From an uncultured Gemmatimonadales bacterium (lineage in GTDB: Bacteria > Gemmatimonadota > Gemmatimonadetes > Longimicrobiales > RSA9), in assembly GCA_963798085.1 (NCBI GenBank), contig CAWCRS010000007.1, forward strand, positions 736,001-800,000: a stretch of DNA of 64,000 bases, given 5' to 3'. Of this stretch, positions 46,107-54,385 are shown in pieces; position 1 is the first letter of the stretch; every line of letters begins with the position of its first letter. Under the pieces are notes generated by a model, which was given only the letters and a program-made list of their open reading frames with translations, was not told the origin of the DNA and made no database searches. Both the position numbers and the translations under genes were made by a program.

Positions 46107-47318
46107 CTACTTGTACTTCTCGTAATCCTTGAGCAGCGACGTCTCGCCGCCGTGCAGGTACTTCGCCTTGCCCAGCTCTGTCGTGTAGCGCCCCGCGAGC
46201 ATGGTGCTGGCGGTGAGGTCGTTGTTCTGCCAGCCGCTGCTGGCGTAGTACGACGCGACCGTCCAGTCGTAATTGATGTAGTGGAACCACTCGATCTCCG
46301 GGCGCTGCTCGATGAGCTGGAAGTACGGCGTGAACCATTCGTCCCATGCCGCCTGAGCGGCGGCCGGGCTGCCGAAGTCGTACTTCGAGGGCGAGCTTTC
46401 CGCGATCATGACGGGTCGCGCACTCGCCACCGCCATGTCGAGGAAGGCGAGCGTGCGGCCGAACTGCGTGAGATCGTTGCGGCCCGCCACCGTGGTCGGT
46501 CCGGATACGTCGGCTTTGGCAAACAGATCGATCGAGAACCAGTCGACGACGTCGTTGCCCGGGAACCAGCGATGCTCTCCCGCACTGTTCGTGTCCGCGA
46601 AATCGCCGGGCGCTGCCGGCTCGTAGCACCACACAAACGCAATGTTGGAGACACCCGCCTGGCGGAACACGCCCACGATCTTGCGGAATGCCTGCGGAAA
46701 CGCGAACGGGTGATAGCCGTTCCACGAGCCGTTGAACTCGCCGCCAATGCGGGCCAGCACGGGCCTGTGGAAGTCGCGGATCACGTTGACGAGGTCATTG
46801 ATGCGGCCGTCATAGACGGAACCGCCGGCAACATCATCGTCGATGCCGAACAGCTTGTCCTGCATGGTGTCCAGCTCGGCGGGCGTGGGCTGATTGCCCC
46901 GCAGCCCGATGTCGAGCACGGGAATGAGCCCGGCCTGATCGAGGGACTGCAGCTGCTGCGCGATCAGCTGCGGCCGCCAGCCGCGGGGCGTGTCACCGAT
47001 TTCGATGAAGACCAGCTGCGACGCCGGGTGCAGGCCGGCCGGCAGGAGTGACAGGTACCTGGTGTTGTAGTCCTCCCACTGGCCCATCCCGTGAACCACC
47101 CGGCCCAGCGGCGGCTCGAACTTCGCGCCATAGCGGTAGACCGGCGTCGTCGCGGTGCTCCCCGAGTCACCATGGTCGGGCGCTACCGGCTCGATGGCCG
47201 AACAGGCGGAGAGCAGGGCAAGGCCCATGGTGATGGCCAGGGTCATGGTGGCTTGCGATGCCAGCACGAGCCTGTGCAGCATACGCGAACCGGTTGCGAT
47301 TACTCCGTGGCGTCTCAT
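46107..47318 (-). CDS. GH26-like glycoside hydrolase lipoprotein
   Basis: Lipobox LSAC; RIGGEFNGSW, FVWC, WFPGNDVVDW and PVMIAES. Start uncertain (47318, 47282 or 47246). Confidence 0.7.
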   Translation of the reverse strand: MRRHGVIATGSRMLHRLVLASQATMTLAITMGLALLSACSAIEPVAPDHGDSGSTATTPVYRYGAKFEPPLGRVVHGMGQWEDYNTRYLSLLPAGLHPASQLVFIEIGDTPRGWRPQLIAQQLQSLDQAGLIPVLDIGLRGNQPTPAELDTMQDKLFGIDDDVAGGSVYDGRINDLVNVIRDFHRPVLARIGGEFNGSWNGYHPFAFPQAFRKIVGVFRQAGVSNIAFVWCYEPAAPGDFADTNSAGEHRWFPGNDVVDWFSIDLFAKADVSGPTTVAGRNDLTQFGRTLAFLDMAVASARPVMIAESSPSKYDFGSPAAAQAAWDEWFTPYFQLIEQRPEIEWFHYINYDWTVASYYASSGWQNNDLTASTMLAGRYTTELGKAKYLHGGETSLLKDYEKYK

Positions 47319-47492
47319 TGTCCGTTCCGGGAGCCTGGGCCGGTGCGGGAATGCCCGACCCGTTTCTTCGACCATGGAATCGCTGAGCGGTCCCGGTTCT
47401 GACACGCGGTGTATCAGACCGTATGCGTCCGCTGGCACCAGCCAGGCGCTGCGCACGTATGGAACAGACGCACAAAGCATTTGGAGGCCTGC

Positions 47493-47705
47493 ATGCATTG
47501 CCTGGGAATTCGACCGCCACCCGCCTGTCCCCGCTGCGGCTCGCGCGACACCATACGTGTCGTCCTGCACCAGCCTCGCCCCGACCTGCCGCGGCGCACG
47601 GGACCGGCGCCACCACTGCTCCGGCGCCTCGGCCTGAGTGTGGACGAAACGGACCGCGTCTGCAAACGCTGCGGTTATCAGTGGCGCTCCGCGCTGGCGC
47701 TCTGA
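47493..47705 (+). CDS. Small zinc-ribbon protein (CPRC...CKRC)
   Basis: 70-aa ORF with ACPRCGS and VCKRCGYQW; RBS ggagg. Confidence 0.55.
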   Translation: MHCLGIRPPPACPRCGSRDTIRVVLHQPRPDLPRRTGPAPPLLRRLGLSVDETDRVCKRCGYQWRSALAL

Positions 47706-47893
47706 GCGGCTCGCGCGCGACGTCGTTACGCACGTGTCCGGCAGCCCGCCACCCTCGTTGCCGCTGAACGGTTGCGGCGATCGTGTGTAGCATTGAGCGC
47801 GAAAGGCACCGGACGCGCTGACGGGGGCTTGGGCCGGAAGGGACGCGGATTCGCCACGAGTCCGCGCCGGATCGCGAGTGCGGAGTTCCCTAC

Positions 47894-49097
47894 ATGAGCA
47901 GTCAGCGTGGAACGATTGCGATACTGACGGGCGGCGGCGATGTGCCCGGCCTCAATCCCGCCATACGTGCTCTCACGATCCGCGCGTCGCGCGAAGGTTA
48001 TCGCGTGCTGGGCATCCGTCGCGGCTGGGCCGGCCTGGTGGACCTGGTGCCGCGAGCCGGCGCGGACAACAGCGAATGCGTGCAGGAGCTGACCGAACCG
48101 ATGGTGAATCGCGCCGGTCGCACGGGCGGCACTTTCCTGCACACGTCGCGCACCCGACCCAGCGCGCTGCCGCTCAGCGATGTGCCGCCCCACCTGAAAG
48201 ACCGTTACCAGCCGGAAGTCAACGACGTCACTCCTGACGTCCTGCACAACCTCGAATTCCTGGGCGTCGATGTGCTGATTCCCATCGGTGGTGACGACAC
48301 GCTGAGTTACGCGGAGCGACTGCACAGGGACGGGCTGAACGTCGTCGCCATCCCCAAGACGATGGACAACGATGTGCCCGGGCACCGACTACTGCATCGG
48401 CTTCAGTACCTGCGTCACGCGCACCATCGAGCTGGCGCACAAGCTGCGCACATCGGCCGGCTCGCACGAACGCATCCTGGTCGTCGAGGTGTTCGGCCGC
48501 TACGCCGGGTTCACCGCGCTGCTGCCGACCATGGCGGGCGCCGCCGATCGCTGTGTGATCCCGGAATACCCTTTCGATGCCGAGCGCCTGACGGAATTGC
48601 TGGTCTACGATCGCAATCGCAATCCCAGCCGCTACTCGGTGGTGCTGGTCTCGGAGGGCGCAACCATGGCGCACGCGGGCGGCGCGATGTCGTTCGAAGG
48701 CGAGGAGGCGGACCAGTACGGGCACCGCAAGCTGGGCGGCATTGGCGACGTGGTGGGGGCGGCCCTGCAGAGCGCCAGCCCGCGCTACAACAACGGCCGG
48801 CGCATCAACGTGGTGAATCAGCGCCTGGGATACCTCGTGCGTTCCGGCGATCCTGATGCGCTCGATTCCATCGTGCCCATGGCCTTCGGCAACCTTGCGC
48901 TCGACCTGGTGCTGGCGCGGCGCTACGGCCTGCTGGTGAGCGTGCACCGGGGCCGCTACGACACGGTCCCGCTGGAACGGCTGTCGGCCGAGAAGAAGAT
49001 GGTCGACATAACCAAGTATTACAACGTGGACCGCCTGCGCCCCAATTACGCGACCTTCGAAGGCAGTCCCCTGTTCATCATGACCAGCGACGCGTAG
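47894..49097 (+). CDS. pfkA: 6-phosphofructokinase, PPi-dependent signature, with a +1 frameshift near 48381
   Basis: [35 protein letters not shown], then [25 protein letters not shown] in the next frame. Confidence 0.9.
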
Positions 49098-49165
49098 CGG
49101 CCCGACCACCGCGCCGATCCCATTGACACGGTGTCCGGCGCAGCCGTTCGCAGCGCTGTGCGCTC

Positions 49166-49924
49166 ATGCACACCGCAGATTGCGCTCAACCTGACACGGA
49201 ACAGCGGAGAAAGAGCGTGGCCGGAGCGGAAGGAAAACATCAGCGCACATTGCAGTTCCTGCTCGCGGGATTCGAGCGACGCGTGCTGCCGAAACTCGCG
49301 GCCGCTCTGCCGGGCTGGGTCCTGCCCGACCATCTCACCCTGCTGGGACTGCTCGCTTCCACCGGCATTGCGGCCTCGTACGTCGCCACCAACCGCAGCG
49401 AGCAGTGGCTGTGGGCAGCAAGCGCACTGCTCGTGGTGCAGTGGTTCGGCGACAGTCTCGACGGCACCCTCGCGCGCTTCCGCCGGATCGAGCGGCCGCG
49501 CTACGGCTACTACCTCGATCACCTGACGGACGCGTGGTCCACCTTCGTGATCGGCCTGGGTCTCGGCCTCTCGCCCTACATGCTGCTCTCCGTCGGCCTC
49601 GCCATTGTCATTGCATATCTCGTGTTATCCATCAACGTGTACCTCGAGACGCACGTGTTCGGCGAGTTCGGCTTCGGCTACGGCATGCTGGGACCGACCG
49701 AGGTGCGCGTGCTGCTGCTGCTGCTCAACATGATGGCGCTCTTCGGTCGGCCTTTGCGTTTCCATGTGCTGGGCGTGGGCATGACCGCGTTCGACATTGG
49801 CGGCATCCTTGCCGCTGGTGGCATGTTCGGCCTGCTGCTGGTGCGGGCGCTGGGCAATCTGCGTCGGCTGGCGCAGCTCGAGCCTGCCCGGCGCGACAAC
49901 CGGCCGCCCACGGGTGGGGCGTAA
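49166..49924 (+). CDS. CDP-alcohol phosphatidyltransferase family protein
   Basis: PDHLT and GDSLDGTLAR...RYGYYLDHLTD. Start uncertain. Confidence 0.88.
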   Translation: MHTADCAQPDTEQRRKSVAGAEGKHQRTLQFLLAGFERRVLPKLAAALPGWVLPDHLTLLGLLASTGIAASYVATNRSEQWLWAASALLVVQWFGDSLDGTLARFRRIERPRYGYYLDHLTDAWSTFVIGLGLGLSPYMLLSVGLAIVIAYLVLSINVYLETHVFGEFGFGYGMLGPTEVRVLLLLLNMMALFGRPLRFHVLGVGMTAFDIGGILAAGGMFGLLLVRALGNLRRLAQLEPARRDNRPPTGGA

Positions 49925-50087
49925 GAAGACACCAGGGAAGGCGCCCCGCCGGCGGCACCTGAGAGGCTCCAAGACCGCGCACCCGCGGCGCACCGATCGT
50001 CAGCCGTCACCACGCCCGCGTCTGATCTCGCATTTTCCGCACTGCTGCGGACGCATTCCGTTGCGCCACTCGAGAGCCTCGCATTCT

Positions 50088-50132
50088 GTAACCATCTTGA
50101 CAGTTTTATCAGGTTACGATACGTTCGCGTCG
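50088..50132 (+). promoter_or_regulatory. Probable leaderless sigma70 promoter with GTAACC/GGTTAC operator
   Basis: TTGACA(50097-50102)-17 nt-TACGTT(50120-50125)-6 nt-GTG(50132); inverted repeat gtaacc(50088)/ggttac(50112). Confidence 0.65.
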
Positions 50133-50723
50133 TGCAAACCGATTGGCACGCACTGGAATTCACCAGGACACGGGGCTGGGAGGCGCGCGACCGTCACACG
50201 GATGACCTGGCGGCGTTCGACGGTCTGGTCGCGTGGTGCGAGCGGCGCGGGATGCTCTCGACCGGCCTCGCGCGCCGCTACCGCGGGCTGGGGCGGGAGC
50301 GGCCGGCAGCAGCGCGCGTGGCCGCCAGACGAGCGCGCGACCTGCGGCAGCTGATCTACGACGTCCTGCGTCAGGCCGGCACCGGAAAGGCGGTGACGCC
50401 CGCGCAGCTGCGCGAGGTCACCGAGTGGACGCGGCGGTACTCGGCTGTGCGCCATCTCCGTCGCCACGTCCGGCGGCTACGCGTGGGAGTGGCAGTTCGA
50501 CGAGGAGCGCCTGGACCACCCGTTGGCGCCGATCGCGTGGTCCATGGCGGAGCTGCTCGTGGCCCCGGAACTGGCGCGCGTGCGGCTCTGCGAAGGGGAC
50601 GACTGCGGCTGGCTGTTCGTGGACGGTAGCCGTGCGGGGTCACGCCGCTGGTGCGACATGTCGGACTGCGGCAACCTCGCCAAGGTGCGGGCCTTTCGCG
50701 CACGGAACCGCTCTGACCCATGA
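50132..50723 (+). CDS. ABATE/CGNR zinc-finger regulator, with a +1 frameshift near 50458
   Basis: ALEFTRT.GW...DDL....LVAW; C-terminal CEGDDCGWLFVDGS...RRWCDMSDCGNLAK. Confidence 0.85.
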
Positions 50724-50823
50724 CGTCCGCTGCCCTGCGACCGCGGCCAGGCACGGTAAACGGCGTGCGCGGGTTCTCGCGCTTCCTTCAACGGCTCGGA
50801 GACAATCCAGGAGGGTGACTGCA

Positions 50824-51447
50824 ATGATCGCAAGGTACTGGCGTGGTCGTGTGCGTGCGCGCGACGCCGCGTCCTACGTCGATTACGTTCGCCGCACGGG
50901 TATCGCCGGTCAACGCGGCACACCAGGCAACGTCGGCTCGATGATGCTGGTGCGCGGCGAGGGTGACGAGACGGAGGTCGCGGTGCTGTCGCTGTGGGAA
51001 TCGTTCGAGGCCATCAGGCGATTCGCCGGCGAGGACCCGGAGGTCGCGGTCTTCTACCCGGAGGACGATCAATACCTCACGGGCAGGGACCTTTTCGCGC
51101 AGCATTTCGATGTCCCGGCGTTCGCCGTGGCCGGCGCGACCAGCGATCCCGGCGCAGCGCAGGCGGCGATCCCGCACGCGAGCTATTCAGACGGCCGGAT
51201 CCAGAGCCTCCGATTCAGCACGGATGGTGGTGCTGCGACGGTGGGCGTGATCACACCCGGAACCTACGAATTCACTCCGACGGCGGAGGCGCGCGTCACG
51301 CTGCTGTCCGGCACGCTCGAAGTGCGGCAGGCGGACGCGTCCAGGCAGTACGCCGCGGGTGAGACGTACGCAGTGCCTTCAGGCGTCGCCTGCACGGTCC
51401 GCGCGAGCGTTCCAGTGGCGTATCTCTGCCGCTTCGTCTCGCCGTAG
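50824..51447 (+). CDS. ABM-like dimeric alpha-beta barrel fused to a PpnP/DUF1255 cupin domain
   Basis: MIARYWRG...GTPGNVG...LWESFEAIRRFAGED, then SYSDGRIQSL..ATVGVITPGTYEF...YLCRF. Confidence 0.75.
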   Translation: MIARYWRGRVRARDAASYVDYVRRTGIAGQRGTPGNVGSMMLVRGEGDETEVAVLSLWESFEAIRRFAGEDPEVAVFYPEDDQYLTGRDLFAQHFDVPAFAVAGATSDPGAAQAAIPHASYSDGRIQSLRFSTDGGAATVGVITPGTYEFTPTAEARVTLLSGTLEVRQADASRQYAAGETYAVPSGVACTVRASVPVAYLCRFVSP

Positions 51448-51737
51448 CGACAGTATCGTGAGCCGTCGTCGCGTTCCAGGCCTTGACCAGGCCGCGGTGA
51501 CCGTCGTCGCGTATCGCAGAACTATAACCATGTGTTACAGGGCGCCGCCCGCCTGTGCGGATCACCTTCTCATCCACGGAGCCATGGACGGCACCGCCGG
51601 CGGGCGCGCTGGCGCGCTGCCGGTGGTCGTTCTTGGGATTGGGCAGCTCGGTCCAATGTGTTACCATAGGCGCGGCGGGACACGCAGCAGCGCGCAGCTG
51701 CCCGGAAACTTCAACCGTGAACGCGAACGGAGCGGGG

Positions 51738-52082
51738 ATGGCCGGCGAACGGATCAGTTATGCGGATTTCGAGAAGGTGGAAATTCGCGTGGGCACGGTG
51801 GTGCGCGTGGAATCGTTCCCGGAGGCGAGGAAGCCATCACTGAAACTGTGGATCGACTTCGGCGAGGAGATCGGCCAGCGCAAGTCGTCGGCAGGCATCG
51901 CGCCCAATTACGCGCCGGAAGCGTTGCTGGGCCGACAGGTCTGCGCCGTGGTCAACTTTCCGCCGCGACAGATTGGCAAGTTCATGTCGGAATGCCTGAC
52001 ACTGGGTTTCCCGGATGCGCAGGGCGAAACGGTGCTGATCCGGCCGGACGGCTCCGTGCCGAACGGCGGCCGGTTGTTCTGA
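51738..52082 (+). CDS. csaA: CsaA tRNA-binding/export chaperone
   Basis: DFEKVEIRVG, FPEARKP, KSSA, VVNFPPRQIG and VPNGGRLF. Confidence 0.92.
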   Translation: MAGERISYADFEKVEIRVGTVVRVESFPEARKPSLKLWIDFGEEIGQRKSSAGIAPNYAPEALLGRQVCAVVNFPPRQIGKFMSECLTLGFPDAQGETVLIRPDGSVPNGGRLF

Positions 52083-52110
52083 GGGGAATCGTCATTCCTC
52101 GCGACCGGCG

Positions 52111-52902
52111 ATGACGGAATCGCTGTGGGCCGAGGGCTCTGCCTACGAGAGATTCATGGGCCGCTGGAGCCGGCTCGTCGCGCGCGATTTCCTGGCGTGG
52201 CTGCAACCCGCGAGCGACAGGGTCTGGCTCGATGCCGGGTGTGGCTCCGGTGCGTTGGCTGCGGCGGTGCTCGCACACGCACAGCCACGCGCACTCGTGG
52301 GCATCGACCGGTCGGCGTCATTCATTGCTGAAGCCGACGGACACAGCACAGACGCGCGCGCTCATTTCGCCGTCGCCGATGCGCTTGCGCTGCCGCTGCG
52401 CGCCCGGCAACTGGACTATGCGGTCAGCGGCCTCGCCCTGAATTTTGTGCCATCGCCGGAGCGCGCGCTGGCCGAATGGATGCGAGCACTGCGGCCCGGC
52501 GGTACACTGGCTGTGTACGTGTGGGATTATGCGGACGGCATGGAGTTCCTGCGTGTGTTCTGGGATGAAGCACAGGCACTCGATGCAGGGGCGCAGGCGC
52601 TGGATGAAGGCAACCGCTTTCCCCTCTGCAGGCTGGATCCACTGAGCGCGCTCTTCCAGCAGGCCGGTCTGACGGATGTTCGCACGACGGCACTTCGGAT
52701 CGACACGCGATTCGCAAGCTTCGCAGACTTCTGGCAGCCGTTCCTTGCGGGCCAGGGTCCGGCGCCGGCGTACGTGGTGAGCCTTGCCGAGGCGCAGCGT
52801 GCCCGCCTGCGCGCCCGCCTCGAGCGGAGACTCGAATCAGCAGGCGACGGCAGCCTGCACCTGCGCGCGCGTGCCTGGGCGGTGGCCGGCACTGTCCCCT
52901 GA
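52111..52902 (+). CDS. Class I SAM-dependent methyltransferase
   Basis: YERFMGRWS, WLDAGCGSG, GLALNFVP and LRPGG. Confidence 0.9.
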   Translation: MTESLWAEGSAYERFMGRWSRLVARDFLAWLQPASDRVWLDAGCGSGALAAAVLAHAQPRALVGIDRSASFIAEADGHSTDARAHFAVADALALPLRARQLDYAVSGLALNFVPSPERALAEWMRALRPGGTLAVYVWDYADGMEFLRVFWDEAQALDAGAQALDEGNRFPLCRLDPLSALFQQAGLTDVRTTALRIDTRFASFADFWQPFLAGQGPAPAYVVSLAEAQRARLRARLERRLESAGDGSLHLRARAWAVAGTVP

Positions 52903-52954
52903 CTCGATGCCGCGCGTACTCCCGCGAATACGGGCAGACGATCGGGAGCCGTTC

Positions 52955-54134
52955 ATGGGTAAACGATGGTCAGGGCTCATGGCTGTTGCCGCGGTCGCGA
53001 GCTGTGGCAGGGATGCCGTGCCGCGCGCAGTCACGCATACGGACAGCGCGGGCGTGCAGATCGTCGCGTCCACCGCTCCGCAATGGGCAGCCGGCCATGG
53101 CTGGACAGTGGATTCGGTGCCTCGCCTCGATCTGTCGCGCACCGGGTCGGGTGCGGAGTTCGAGTTCTTTCGCGTGCGCAACGCAGTCCGTCTGGGCGAT
53201 GGCTCCATCGCGGTTGCCAACAGCGGCACGTCGGAGGTCCGGCTCTACTCCGCAGCGGGCAAGTACCTCGCGACGTTCGGCCGCGACGGCGATGGTCCGG
53301 GCGAGTTCCGCAGGCTGACCAGCGTTCGGGTTGCACGCGGTGATTCGCTGCTCGCCTTCGACTACTGGCAGCGGCGGGTCACCTTCTTCAGCCGCGATGG
53401 GAGCGGCCATCGCACCGTTGCCGTGGGCAGCACGAACATGCTGCTCAGGGACCTCGCGCCGCTGTCCGACGGCACGCTCGTGGTTACCGGCGAACTGCTC
53501 GGCGATACTCCTGACGGGCTCTATCGATTGCCCAAGGCCCTGCTGCTTGTCGCTGCAACCGGTGAGTTACGCGACACCGTCGCTGTGATTCCCGGCTACG
53601 AAGGCTTTCAATTCGCCACCGGCGATGCGGCCGCGATCTTTCACAAGGACGCGTACATGGCCGTACACGGCGAGCACATCTACCTGGGCGATGGCGACAG
53701 CATGCAGGTCTCCGTGTACAGCAACGAGCCCCGGCTTGCCATGATCATGCGCGTCCCCGGCTATGACCTGAACCTCACGGCTGAACAACTGAAGGCGGAA
53801 CGTGCAATCGTGGAACCCGGCCCGCGTTATCCCGCCGCGATTCGCGAGGCGCTGCGCGCGCGGCCCAACCCTGAGACCCGCCCCGCGTATTCGGCCTTGT
53901 TCGTCGACACGGATGGCTTCCTCTGGGCGCCGCAGTACCGAGGTTTCTCCGAAGCCGACCAGGCGCCGGTCTGTACCATTCTTCAGTCCACAGGGAGAAT
54001 GGCTTGGTTCCGTGCGCCTGCCGACACACTTCACGCCATACGAAGCAGGCAGCGACTATGTGCTGGGCGTGCTGACAGATCAGGATGGCGTGCAGCACGT
54101 GGAGCTGCTGGACCTGCATCGCCGGAGCGAATAG
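52955..54134 (+). CDS. 6-bladed beta-propeller lipoprotein, with a +1 frameshift near 53980
   Basis: Lipobox VASC, DSAGVQIV, FGRDGDGPGEF; resumes FSPQGEWLGSVRLP...DQDGVQHV. Confidence 0.78.
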
Positions 54135-54385
54135 AGCATGTTCCCGAAAGAACCGGTGCGACCCGGCGGACCGGAGCCGGCCGAACCGCCCGCGCCACCC
54201 GTAAGAGGAAACCTGGCCGGCCGGGCCGCCACCGCCGCGGCCACCGGGTCCCCCCGGCGCGCCGCCCGCGCTGGAGCCGGAGCCGGAACCGCGGCGCAGC
54301 CGGCGTCGTCGACACCGACGCCCATCCGCGCGCGCCCTGCGCGCGCCGGCCGGCGCAGCACCGCCCGCAGTCTTCTAACGACACG

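Noticed and set aside
48372..48390. Programmed ribosomal frameshift in pfk and the other split genes
   Set aside because: No slippery heptamer or stimulatory structure; the pattern fits sequencing indels.
51520..51668. Two copies of atgtgttac upstream of csaA
   Set aside because: A 9-bp match with no consistent spacing or promoter context; could be chance.
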